Source: Aulosira sp. ZfuVER01 | GTDB taxonomy: Bacteria > Cyanobacteriota > Cyanobacteriia > Cyanobacteriales > Nostocaceae | Assembly (NCBI GenBank): GCA_034530615.2 | Contig: JAVRCV020000032.1 | Span: 32,001-96,000 of the forward strand | Length of the DNA stretch: 64,000 nucleotides | Direction: 5' to 3' | In this document: positions 19,001-28,389 of the stretch, one piece after another | Position numbering within the stretch: position 1 is the stretch's first letter | Layout: every line of letters begins with the position of its first letter | Translations under genes and position numbers: made by a program | The notes under the pieces: generated by a model | Databases searched by the model: none | Told to the model about the DNA's origin: nothing | Seen by the model: only the letters and a program-made list of their open reading frames with translations

Positions 19001-21101
19001 CGCCGATCAAGTAGGCATTGCGATCGCCCAAGCCCAATTATTAGAAGTAGAAACTCAACAGCGACAAGAATTAGAAGTGGCTCGTCGTCAAGCAGAGTTG
19101 GCTTCTCAAGCCAAAAGTGCTTTTTTAGCCAATATGAGTCATGAAATCCGAACTCCCATGAATGCTGTATTGGGGATGACTGGCTTGATGTTGGAAACTC
19201 CCCTCAACCAAGAACAGCGAGATTTCATGGAGACAATTCGCATTAGCGGCGATGCTCTTTTAAGCCTGATTAACGAGATTTTGGATCTATCCAAACTTGA
19301 AGCTGGGGAAATGGCTTTAGAAACTCTGAATTTTGATTTATCAACTTGTGTGGAAGAGGTGTTAGATTTATTAGCCCCCCAAGCTCATAAGAAGGGATTA
19401 GAAATTGCCGCGTTGATTTATCGCAACGTTCCGACTCACCTGCAAGGCGATGCTACCCGTCTCCGACAAATTTTGATGAACCTGATTAGTAATGCGATCA
19501 AGTTCACCAGTAATGGAGAGGTAGTAGTACGAGCCGAATTGCGATCGGAAACTACCACTACAGCTAATATCCGCTTTACCATCACCGATACTGGTCTTGG
19601 CATTACCACCAAAGACCAAAGCAAACTGTTTACCCCATTTACCCAGGTAGATGCTTCTACTACTCGCAAGTATGGTGGCACTGGTTTGGGATTGGCTATC
19701 TGTAAACAATTAGTAACTTTGATGGGAGGAGAAATTGGAGTAGAAAGTCAGTTAGGCGAAGGCTCGAAGTTTTGGTTTGAGATTCCTTTTGCCAAGCAAC
19801 AAGAGCCTGTTACTACGATAGATGACTGTGGAATACTGAGCGATCGCCGTTTGTTAGTGGTTGATGACAATGCCACTAATCGCAAAATTATTTACCATCA
19901 AGCTACCCGTTGGGGAATGCAAGTAGATAAAGCTGATAGTGCTGAGGCTGCCTTGAGCGCTATGCTAACAGCTTGCCAGCAAAACAAACCTTATGATGTT
20001 GTCTTAATTGATATGCAGATGCCCCGAATAAATGGTCTGGAATTGGGAGAACAAATTAAGGCCAATTTTGCTATTGCTAAAACACCTTTAATTATGCTTA
20101 CTTCTACTAATCAACGAGATGAAGTACATCGGGCGCTCAACATAGGATTTGCTGCTTATTTAGTCAAACCCATTAAAGCATCACGACTCCTCGATACGAT
20201 TATGAATGTTTTAGAAACTAAAGGTGAACTGGTACAAGAGGAATTGAAAGTTATAATTCAGGAGTGTGGAATGAAAAATTTAGACAAAAAAAATGAGCCT
20301 TTTGCTAGCTCGCCTAAGTTAAGAATCTTACTAGCTGAAGATAATTTAGTAAATCAAAAAGTAGCATTAAAGCAACTACAAAGTCTTGGCTATACTGCTG
20401 ATGTAGCTGCCAATGGTCAAGAAGTTCTGCAACTATTAGAAATAGTTCCTTACGATTTGATTTTAATGGATTGCCAAATGCCAGTCCTCGACGGTTTGGA
20501 AACTACAAAAGAAATTCATCGTCGGCAAGAGAGCTTCTTTGCCAACCATCGTCGTCCTATAGTAATTGCGATGACTGCTAATGCCATGAAAGAAGACAGA
20601 CAAATGTGCCTAGATGCAGGAATGGATGACTATATAAGTAAGCCTGTCATCAAAGAAAATTTGGCAATAAAATTAGAACATTGGAACCAGTTTCTCCTAG
20701 AGACACGAGAGGTAATTACGTTAGAGAATCCAGTTTCTCCGATAGAAGAAATTGATATACACAATCTACCAATTGATTGGCAACACTTACATCAAATTTC
20801 CGAAAATGATGCCGAATTTGAATTACATTTGTTGCAATTATTTGTAGAAGATGTTACATCTCGTTTGGACTTAATTAAAGTGGCGATCGCTGCTCGTGAT
20901 TTTCCGCAAATGGCGAAAGAAGCCCATCAGATTAAAGGTGCTAGCGCCAATATAGGGGCTACAACTATGTATCTAGCTGCTGACAAACTAGAACAATTAG
21001 CTCACAAGCAAGAGCGTAGAGGCACTACCGAATTAATCACAGAGATAGAAGAAGTTTTTAATCATATTCAAAGCTTTGTCATAGCAAGCCAGAAGCTGTA
21101 A
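16044..21101 (+). CDS. Hybrid histidine kinase GAF-CHASE3-PAS-PAS-GAF-GAF-HisKA-HATPase-REC-REC-Hpt
   Basis: [23 protein letters not shown]3 between TMs; PAS/PAC motifs; [17 protein letters not shown]; two REC domains; AHQIKGAS Hpt. Confidence 0.92.
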   Translation: MTAPLPDNEAQRIEALLEYKVLDTPSEAAFDDLTRLASYICGTPIALVSLVEKNRQWFKSKIGLDALETPRDIAFCAHAIVQSDVFTVPDATADERFAANPLVTSDPNIRFYAGVPLTNPEGYALGTLCVIDYVPRNLTPEQVEALKILGRQVIKQMELRRNLANLVLVTNRRKQVEKIRKHFFKRVAGGFGLASVILVLIGLVSYRSTTVLINSNNQVKTTQETINSLEALLSHIQDAETGQRGYILTGQERYLKPYQATLAEVEQEIENLRNLTADKYQQQQIEVLKPLLAAKLNELKQTIELRQQKGFDAALQLILTDRGKNLMDDIRKVISDMEQQERKLLQQRSLIVKASANNTISIIAIAICSSFLTLGVIYYLIYREFTQRKVVEDTLHEERNFISAVLDTVSALVIVLNPQGQIVRFNQACEQITGYSFDEVRDRYFWNLFLVPEEVEPVKAIFEKLRAGHITPNSQNYENYWKTKDGSLRLISWSNTILQDYEGSVEYLIGTGIDITESKQAEVALRESKRFAESVTENTTSMIYVLDLDTLTGVYANKNLAEFVGYNPEDAAKIGANLLPTIIHPDDLQIRMVYYQQFPNIPDGEIVEFEQRVKHINGEWRWLWHRETVFKRRADGTPHQVMGTAQDITERKRAQKHLTAQYAITRVLAESNSISEATPQILQAICESLGWDVSEIWMVNQQANVLDFLDLWHRASLEMQVFKTLSQEITFAPGIGLPGHVWASGEPVWLIDVVSDINFLRNQIAQQIGLHGAFGFPIRSEKKILGVITCFSHQIQQYDQDLAKIMNSIGELVGQFIQRKQAKEELQRQNLRSQLFTEITLKIRQSLQIEEILQITVTEVQKILQTDRVLIYQLSPDGCGSILIEAVVADWPAIKAQNSADSYLQTEYQQQYSLQQYRQKQIDAIADLDAIVIQQSHLEFLQKLGVKANLVIPILVKEELCGLLIVHQCASPRQWSSFETHLLRQIADQVGIAIAQAQLLEVETQQRQELEVARRQAELASQAKSAFLANMSHEIRTPMNAVLGMTGLMLETPLNQEQRDFMETIRISGDALLSLINEILDLSKLEAGEMALETLNFDLSTCVEEVLDLLAPQAHKKGLEIAALIYRNVPTHLQGDATRLRQILMNLISNAIKFTSNGEVVVRAELRSETTTTANIRFTITDTGLGITTKDQSKLFTPFTQVDASTTRKYGGTGLGLAICKQLVTLMGGEIGVESQLGEGSKFWFEIPFAKQQEPVTTIDDCGILSDRRLLVVDDNATNRKIIYHQATRWGMQVDKADSAEAALSAMLTACQQNKPYDVVLIDMQMPRINGLELGEQIKANFAIAKTPLIMLTSTNQRDEVHRALNIGFAAYLVKPIKASRLLDTIMNVLETKGELVQEELKVIIQECGMKNLDKKNEPFASSPKLRILLAEDNLVNQKVALKQLQSLGYTADVAANGQEVLQLLEIVPYDLILMDCQMPVLDGLETTKEIHRRQESFFANHRRPIVIAMTANAMKEDRQMCLDAGMDDYISKPVIKENLAIKLEHWNQFLLETREVITLENPVSPIEEIDIHNLPIDWQHLHQISENDAEFELHLLQLFVEDVTSRLDLIKVAIAARDFPQMAKEAHQIKGASANIGATTMYLAADKLEQLAHKQERRGTTELITEIEEVFNHIQSFVIASQKL

Positions 21102-21154
21102 GTTACATATTGAATTAAGGTATTAGTGACAAGTTAAGAATTACTAGAAATAAT

Positions 21155-23764
21155 CTACAGCCAGTTCCCAACTAAAATATAAGGTGCCCAGTAAACTGGA
21201 TGCTCATATTGGGGATCTTTTAAAAGAGCTATTTGGGAACGGCGTAAAGCTTCTGCTTTGGTTTGTTGGCTGCTGCTTAAATTCTTATAAAAATAACGCA
21301 TCAAATTGGCTGTGGCCTCATCATTGACAGACCATAATGTTGCTAAGGTGCTATTAGCTCCTGCTCTGACAGCTATTCCAGCTAATCCTAAAGCAGCTCG
21401 TTTATCTCCTGTTGCAGTTTCACAAGCACTAAGAACCAGCAGTTCGACTGTTTGCCGCTTTTTCTGTTCAGGTATTTGTAGTAGGTTATCTAATTCATTA
21501 ATCCTGATTCGTTCATCCCAAGCCAAAATAAATGTTTCCATTGCCTTCGAGCTAAACTTTCCATGAGTAGCAATGTGAACAATGGGGAAAAAAGAAGATT
21601 TCAGAGAATTTTTGAGATTATTGCTAGTAAATTCCTCATTTAATAGCACCGTGCTGGGTACTTCCGATTTGATTTCCTTGAGTTCCTCTTCCACATAATC
21701 TAAGGGAGAAAAGCCTTGTCGTGCTTCAGTTAAGCCAGCACTAAGTACTTTAAAGTTGCGCTGTTGCAACCTTTTAGGCGGTAGTAACTGTAGACTTGGT
21801 GTTAAAGCGATACTATATTTTTCAATCAAATATTGCTTTCCGTCGTGCAAAGCTGCAATCGGAATATTTCGTAATACACCGTCTGGTACAAACACTAAGG
21901 TTTTAATGCCACTTTTTGCTAGCTCGGTTTCTACTGGACGAATCAGCCAATCATATACTTGTTGAGATAACGGCAGAAAGTCTTGTTTGGAGCGAATGAC
22001 TAAATTTTTACGTAGTTTTTCTACAATGGTCTCTAGCTGATCTTCAGGCAAAATAGTCGCATAATGGCGTAGCGGTTGTTGCGGCAAGCTGAGAATTACT
22101 TCTAATCGATCTGCCAAAATGATGGGATAGATCACTCCTGCTAAAGGATCTAAGCGATCGATTTGAGTGTATTTTCTATCTAAACAAGCTTCACGAAGAA
22201 AATCATCCAGTTCTGCTAATTGTAAAGACTCAATAACTTGACGGGCTTGGGTGAGAGATTGTTGGCTGGGTTGTGAGTTGTCAGTTTTGAGAAGCAAACT
22301 GACTAGTTCCCGGTAAACAGGTTCTACACTATCCCGAAAACTAAATTGAATGTCTGGATCGATCGCAACCAGATCGCTACGCAAGGATTGTAGAGTATTT
22401 ACAGCTTGAGTATAAGCAGCGATTGCTCCTGGCATATCTCCTTGAACTTGCAAAAGTCGTCCTAACTGCCATTGCCAACGATAGGCAATTTCTGGTGTAT
22501 TAATAGCTTGGGCAAGTACAAGCGCTTGCTCAGTAAGTTCTTGGGCAATTTTCCACTGCTGATTTTGTTCGTAAAGCCTACCAAGTTTACCCAGTGCGTA
22601 AGCTTCTGCTTGCTTGTCTCCCAAACTTTTTGCTTGTTGTAGGTTATTTGCTACTAATTGGGCAATACTTGCTGCGGTGGGAACATCGGGAAGATTTGCT
22701 TGTTTGAGGCGAATTAGACTCTGGGCTAAGTTAAGTTGAGCATAAATCGCCCCACGACTTGGAGGTAAATTAGCTAATTGAGGTTGAATTTGATTCCAGA
22801 TTGTCTGAGCAGATGCCCATTTTTCTCGATCCAGTAAAATGCTCAGTTGATTCAATTGCGATCGCATTTTTAAGATTGGGGAAGGTGCAATCGCTGTAGC
22901 TTGTTGATAAAAAGCCAAAGCCGAATCGGAATCTTGGTTTGCACGGGCGACATTTCCCAAATCGATCAATGCCGCACTAATCTCTACTGGTAATTGTAAC
23001 TTTTGCGCGATCGCCAAGCTTTGTTGCAAAACCTGCTGTGCTTGTTCTAAATTTCCTACTAAGCGCAGGCTAGAACCCAAACTGCGTAAGCCAGCAGTTT
23101 TGAGTGCCGAATCAGGTTGTTTCTGGAGAATTTGATTTACCTGAGTCAAGGTAGATAAAGCTCGACGGTATAACCCTAAAGCCTTCAAAGCCTGAGATTG
23201 GTTAATCAGACTGCGAATCACGCCTGTTTCATTCTCTGCTTTAGTATATGTAGCAGTAGCTTTTTGCCAAGTGGCTAACGCTGCTTCAGATTTGCCAGTA
23301 GCTAACTCTAGACTTCCTTGATTGTTCAAGGTTTGAGCTAAGACGTTTAACTCTGCTTGTGTACTGCCACCTTTTGCGGGTAACAATTTTAGACTGGTAG
23401 AAATTGCTTGAGTAGCTTCCAACCACTGCCCTAATTGTTGATAACTTAACGAAAGATTATTTAGTACTCTAGCTTGGTTGAGCCAATTTCCTTGTGACTG
23501 ATAAATCTGTAAAACCTGTTGCCAGATTTTAATTGCTGCCAAAAACTGCCCAGCTTCGTAGTATTGTCTACCCTGCTGCTCTTGCTGTGCTGTATTGGAT
23601 AATTCCTCAACCATCAATGATGGTACAGAATCATGGGCAGCAACAGGAACTAATGTTCCTACTAAGGTAAACAGGCTGAAAACTAACCCTAAAAATATAC
23701 CAAGTAAAAATCCTATTAAACGAATGTGTATTCGTCTTAAATATCTTCGGAAATTAATGTGCAT
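21155..23764 (-). CDS. TPR + CHAT (caspase-like) domain protein
   Basis: TPR repeats, HIATHG and LSACETA His/Cys dyad, HPVYWAPYILVGNWL end. Confidence 0.92.
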   Translation of the reverse strand: MHINFRRYLRRIHIRLIGFLLGIFLGLVFSLFTLVGTLVPVAAHDSVPSLMVEELSNTAQQEQQGRQYYEAGQFLAAIKIWQQVLQIYQSQGNWLNQARVLNNLSLSYQQLGQWLEATQAISTSLKLLPAKGGSTQAELNVLAQTLNNQGSLELATGKSEAALATWQKATATYTKAENETGVIRSLINQSQALKALGLYRRALSTLTQVNQILQKQPDSALKTAGLRSLGSSLRLVGNLEQAQQVLQQSLAIAQKLQLPVEISAALIDLGNVARANQDSDSALAFYQQATAIAPSPILKMRSQLNQLSILLDREKWASAQTIWNQIQPQLANLPPSRGAIYAQLNLAQSLIRLKQANLPDVPTAASIAQLVANNLQQAKSLGDKQAEAYALGKLGRLYEQNQQWKIAQELTEQALVLAQAINTPEIAYRWQWQLGRLLQVQGDMPGAIAAYTQAVNTLQSLRSDLVAIDPDIQFSFRDSVEPVYRELVSLLLKTDNSQPSQQSLTQARQVIESLQLAELDDFLREACLDRKYTQIDRLDPLAGVIYPIILADRLEVILSLPQQPLRHYATILPEDQLETIVEKLRKNLVIRSKQDFLPLSQQVYDWLIRPVETELAKSGIKTLVFVPDGVLRNIPIAALHDGKQYLIEKYSIALTPSLQLLPPKRLQQRNFKVLSAGLTEARQGFSPLDYVEEELKEIKSEVPSTVLLNEEFTSNNLKNSLKSSFFPIVHIATHGKFSSKAMETFILAWDERIRINELDNLLQIPEQKKRQTVELLVLSACETATGDKRAALGLAGIAVRAGANSTLATLWSVNDEATANLMRYFYKNLSSSQQTKAEALRRSQIALLKDPQYEHPVYWAPYILVGNWL

Positions 23765-23845
23765 AAATAGTTAATATGGATAGGCAGCAGGAGAGAATAA
23801 TTTGTTTGTAGTCAGGACTTTAGCACTTACTACATAATCCTCCCC

Positions 23846-23931
23846 TTATACCAATTCGCCAAAATCAAGCAACAGATGCAAACCGTAAAACCCGATTGCA
23901 CCTAATGCCTCGTAATTTTGAATTGGTATTA
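23846..23931. mobile_element. MITE-like small element (TIR ATACCAATTC...GAATTGGTAT); related copy at 46683-46799
   Basis: TTATACCAATTC / GAATTGGTATTA (11/12 complementary). Internal CAGATGCAAACC is shared with the second copy. Confidence 0.6.
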
Positions 23932-24480
23932 CCCTCTTTGATTATGTGGATGTTTCTCCCAATCAAAGATTTCTTTATCTGGAATACCAGACTTGCGCCA
24001 CGTTATCCTTCCCCGCAACGTATCGAGCAATGTTTGTTCGATCGCATTAGGTAAGTTTTCCCAGCACAAATCTGCATCTTGGAGTAAGATTTTAAGTTCT
24101 TGTAAAGCAGCTAGCGCTGCATTTTCTTCCTGAAAATCAAGAAAATCTTCTGCACGCAAGGGATCTTGTTGTACAGCGATAAGTGCCTGCCGTACAGCCG
24201 TGGCAACTTTCTGCTGAAACTCGGTTTTACCACGATGTAATTGTCGCTGCCAACCTCTTTTGCTAGTAGCATACAAAGCAGGAAGACGATTTAATGCGTA
24301 GGCAGTCACCTCAGATGGGTTGATGTATTTGGCAGTTTTAGCGGGTAAAGATTGGATCTGCAACTCCACCTCTGTAACCACTAACACTTCCATCACATTG
24401 CGAGAGTTTTTTAAGAATGCATGTCGTTTGGATGGCTGAATTGCAGAATCCACTGAAGAATCATCAAAGAAACTCCTCAT
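23929..24480 (-). CDS. ComFB-family (late competence development) protein, putative cyclic dinucleotide receptor
   Basis: NVME.LV..EV...AYALNRLPALYATS..GW motif. Confidence 0.85.
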   Translation of the reverse strand: MRSFFDDSSVDSAIQPSKRHAFLKNSRNVMEVLVVTEVELQIQSLPAKTAKYINPSEVTAYALNRLPALYATSKRGWQRQLHRGKTEFQQKVATAVRQALIAVQQDPLRAEDFLDFQEENAALAALQELKILLQDADLCWENLPNAIEQTLLDTLRGRITWRKSGIPDKEIFDWEKHPHNQRG

Positions 24481-24944
24481 AGAATCAAGATCGTTGAAAC
24501 TAAAGCTTATGGCTCTATATTGCCCGTTGTTTGCATTTAGCTAACACGTTGGCTTACTTTTTTTCAAGCTGGAAACCTGCCCACGATCCATTACAGTGTG
24601 TACACACATCTCAAAGCCTATCAGCCTAAAAGAATATCGTGGATAGGATTTGTATTTACACAATAGATGCATCCTCCGGGAACAAAATTACATAGGTGTA
24701 CATCTAAAAAATTGATTGATATAAATTTAATACGTGTATATACTGAAAACACGCATTTTCTCGCTAATAAATATCAAAATAAGGTTCGTATATTTGATAT
24801 GTAAAGTGCATATTTAAGTAGTTTAACTGGACTATTTAAAACTATGATGAATTAAACTAATTAAATGTACTATTTAGCTAAGATTTAGGCTATTTATTGA
24901 ATAAGGAAACTTACATTTTAGTTGTTCAATTACCTATTTGGCTG

Positions 24945-25673
24945 ATGCTAGATAAAAATCTGAAAAACCAGGCATTTACGGCTATTTGCTTAACATCGCT
25001 ATTGACATTCTCATGGGCAGTTCCCCAAACAGTTCTGGCATCTGAAGATAAGCCAAGAGAGGGTTTACCTGGACGCAGAATTGGAGGGGGAACACGTGGA
25101 GAATGTTTTAGTAATGTGGGGCGATTAATGGCATTAATCCCAGAAACTAATGTGGGATTTACCAAAAAAGCATATCCCAACTTTTTGTTCTATTTACCAC
25201 AAACCTCCGCACCAACAATGGTGGAGTTTGTTTTGCAAGATGAGAATCGTCATTCAGTTTATGAGACAACTTTCACCAAAACTAATGCTGGTGGAGTCAT
25301 AAATTTTAGCTTACCTGGTTCTAAGTCTTTACCGCCTCTTGCTACTGGTAAGAAATACAATTGGTATGTGTCAATGATTTGCGATCCTGAAAACAGAGCA
25401 AACGATATTGTCGTGCATGGTTGGGTTCAAAGAGTAGAACTAGACTCGAACCTGACTAAAAAGCTAGAGCAAACATCGCCTGTAGAGCGTGTTAATTTAT
25501 ATGCCAAAGCCGGACTTTGGCAAGATGCACTAGGGACACTAGCAGAACTCAGAACAACTCAACCTAATAATTTTAGGCTCACTGCTAATTGGACAGAGCT
25601 ATTAAAGTCAGAGAAATTAGATGCGATCGCACAAGAGCCTTTTTTGAATATTAAAGTCCAACCCAGCCCTTAA
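24945..25673 (+). CDS. DUF928 domain protein (secreted)
   Basis: Signal peptide; P.RR.GGGTRG.C, P.FLFY.P, Y.W...CD and YA..GLWQDAL motifs. Confidence 0.88.
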   Translation: MLDKNLKNQAFTAICLTSLLTFSWAVPQTVLASEDKPREGLPGRRIGGGTRGECFSNVGRLMALIPETNVGFTKKAYPNFLFYLPQTSAPTMVEFVLQDENRHSVYETTFTKTNAGGVINFSLPGSKSLPPLATGKKYNWYVSMICDPENRANDIVVHGWVQRVELDSNLTKKLEQTSPVERVNLYAKAGLWQDALGTLAELRTTQPNNFRLTANWTELLKSEKLDAIAQEPFLNIKVQPSP

Positions 25674-25801
25674 TTATCAATAAACTAGGTTTTTTGAGAG
25701 TTCCTAATCTACTAAAAAATCTTTTTTGCTAGACCATCCAAAACCTAGATATCAGTTTTTAATCAATTTCAAACAATCCATTCTATGAATCTAATGTTTT
25801 T

Positions 25802-28369
25802 GTGATTGCTAAATATTCCCAAAAGTTCCGGTCATTAGTATACTTAGCGACTCAACACGGTAAGCGTCAAATTAATCTATCACTTACCACACTGAGTTTG
25901 AGGCAATCAGTTGTCATCGCTAGTATTCTCATTACAGGGCTGGTAATGGGTATGAGACAAGTTGGTTGGTTGCAGTTCCTAGAATTGGTCGCCTTTGACC
26001 AAATGGTACGCCTCCAAACTGATGCTGACCCTAACCCAAGACTATTATTAGTCACAATCACAGAAGCCGATCTTAAAGAACTGAAATGGCCAATTAACGA
26101 TCAAACTTTGTCTCAAGTACTAGCAAAGCTACAACAGGCCAAGCCCAAAGCTATTGGTTTAGACATTTATCGTAATCTTCCCCAACCTCCAGGTCATGAA
26201 GCACTGTTTGAGCAACTCCAGGCTCCCAATGTTGTGACCATTACGAAACTTGCAGATCCTGATGGAGAAGGAGTTTCCCCCATTCCCGGACTGCCAGCAG
26301 AACAAATCGGCTTCAACGACCTTGTGGTCGATCCAGATGGAGTTGTGCGTCGGAATTGGATGTATGCCCAAGCAGGGAAGGACAAGTTCTACTCTTTCTC
26401 TTTACAGTTGAGCCTCAAATATCTTGGAAAGTCGAGAGACGATCTAAAAGTTAAGTCAAATGCGCTGCTATTAGGTAACACTGTATTCCCGGCTTTAAGT
26501 ACTGATGCGGGTGGGTATCAAAATATTGATAATGCAGGCTATCAGGTGATGATTTCCTACCGTTCACCTGAAACATTGGCGCGAAAAGTGTCATTGACGC
26601 AAGTCCTGCGAGGTCAGTTTGACCCTAATTGGGTGAAAGACAAGGTAGTGCTAATTGGCACAACTGCTCCTAGTTTAAAGGATCTGTTTTTTACTCCTTA
26701 CAGTGCAGGTAAGACTACAAACCCAGGTATCCCTGGAGTGCTGCTTCATGCTCAACTGGTTAGCCAAATCTTAAACACAACCTTAGATCGACAATCCATA
26801 TTTTGGTTTTGGCCGGAATGGGCAGAATTTCTTTGGATATGGACATGGGCTTTGATTGGGGGTGTATTTGCATGGCGACTTCGCCATCCTCTGTTACTAG
26901 GAGTAGCTGGCGCAATTTCTGCGGTAATTCTATTTGGTATTTGCTTTGGTATATTTACGCAAGCGGGGTGGATACCTTTAGTAGCACCAACACTAGCCTT
27001 AGCGATCGCATCTGGAACTGTTCTAGGCTATAAGCTATTACACCATACATTGCGCGATACTCTAACCGATCTCCCGAATCGCAATCTATTTTTGCAACAA
27101 TTAGAATGGGTAATCGCTGACACGAAGCTTCAGAAAAACTCACGATTTGCCCTGCTATTTTTAGGTATTGACCGCTTTAAGGTAATTAACGAGGGTTTTG
27201 GGCATCAATTTGGCGATCTATTTTTACTCAATGTCAGTCAAAGATTAAAAGCCTGTCTAGGAAATAAAGGCATACTAGCGCGGGTTGGCGGAGATGAATT
27301 TGCTATTTTGCTGAAAAATATTACTGATACTAGCGAAGTAACTTTTATAGCCGACCAGTTACAAAAGGAAATGTCCTTACCCTTCAAGAACAACGGACAA
27401 GAAATATTTACTAGTATCAGCATTGGTATAGCTTTCAATCAAACTGAACTCGACTATCAACCAATAGCTTTGCTGCGAGATGCGCACACAGCTATGTATC
27501 GGGCTAAAGACTTAGGTAAAGGCCGTCATGAAGTCTTTGCCACAGGTATGCATACTCAAGTTGTGAAGCGGTTTCAGTTGGAGATAGATTTGCATCGTGC
27601 CATTGAACAGCAAGAATTTTTTCTCTGCTATCAACCAATTGTCTGCTTAAAAACTAGCAAAATTGTTGGGTTTGAAGCACTTGTGAGATGGCAACATCCT
27701 CAGCATAAATTTGTCTCACCAGCAGAATTTATTCCAGTTACAGAAGAAACGGGACTAATTATTCCTTTAGGGAAGTGGATTTTAAAAGAAGCTTGTCATC
27801 AGTTGTCTGTTTGGCAAGCTCAATTTCCGACAAATCCTCCACTAATGATGAGTATTAACCTATCTGGATATCAGTTGTCGGACGCTAATTTGGTGGAGTA
27901 TATTGAGCAGACTTTCAAGGAAACAGGAATAAATGGACACAGCTTAAAATTAGAAATTACCGAAACTGTAGCCATGAATGATGTTGAAGCTGCAATTAGC
28001 ATCATGCTACAACTGAGAACTTTAAATCTACAACTAAGTATTGATGATTTTGGTACAGGATACTCATCTTTAAGTTATTTGCATCGTTTTCCTGTAAATA
28101 CATTGAAGGTAGATCGCTCTTTTGTCAGTCGAATGGAAGAAACCGATGAAGATGCGTCGATTGTTCAAACCATTATCATGCTCAGTCATGCATTAGGTAT
28201 GAATGTAGTTGCAGAAGGTGTAGAAACTGCTGCACAGCAAGCTAAATTGCAAATTTTGGGTTGTGAGTATGGGCAAGGATATTTCTTTTCTAAGCCTCTA
28301 GATAGCAAAAGTGCAACCGCATTACTAGATAGCAAATTTACACAAAGTTTTCAAGAGGAAGCAGCTTAA
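25802..28369 (+). CDS. CHASE2-GGDEF-EAL diguanylate cyclase/phosphodiesterase
   Basis: CHASE2 (IGLDIYR, DPDGVVRR, KVVLIG, PGV..HA), 3 TMs, GGDEF, EAL, DDFGTGYSS. Confidence 0.93.
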   Translation: MIAKYSQKFRSLVYLATQHGKRQINLSLTTLSLRQSVVIASILITGLVMGMRQVGWLQFLELVAFDQMVRLQTDADPNPRLLLVTITEADLKELKWPINDQTLSQVLAKLQQAKPKAIGLDIYRNLPQPPGHEALFEQLQAPNVVTITKLADPDGEGVSPIPGLPAEQIGFNDLVVDPDGVVRRNWMYAQAGKDKFYSFSLQLSLKYLGKSRDDLKVKSNALLLGNTVFPALSTDAGGYQNIDNAGYQVMISYRSPETLARKVSLTQVLRGQFDPNWVKDKVVLIGTTAPSLKDLFFTPYSAGKTTNPGIPGVLLHAQLVSQILNTTLDRQSIFWFWPEWAEFLWIWTWALIGGVFAWRLRHPLLLGVAGAISAVILFGICFGIFTQAGWIPLVAPTLALAIASGTVLGYKLLHHTLRDTLTDLPNRNLFLQQLEWVIADTKLQKNSRFALLFLGIDRFKVINEGFGHQFGDLFLLNVSQRLKACLGNKGILARVGGDEFAILLKNITDTSEVTFIADQLQKEMSLPFKNNGQEIFTSISIGIAFNQTELDYQPIALLRDAHTAMYRAKDLGKGRHEVFATGMHTQVVKRFQLEIDLHRAIEQQEFFLCYQPIVCLKTSKIVGFEALVRWQHPQHKFVSPAEFIPVTEETGLIIPLGKWILKEACHQLSVWQAQFPTNPPLMMSINLSGYQLSDANLVEYIEQTFKETGINGHSLKLEITETVAMNDVEAAISIMLQLRTLNLQLSIDDFGTGYSSLSYLHRFPVNTLKVDRSFVSRMEETDEDASIVQTIIMLSHALGMNVVAEGVETAAQQAKLQILGCEYGQGYFFSKPLDSKSATALLDSKFTQSFQEEAA

Positions 28370-28389
28370 TTTTAGGGATTTTTGCCTTT

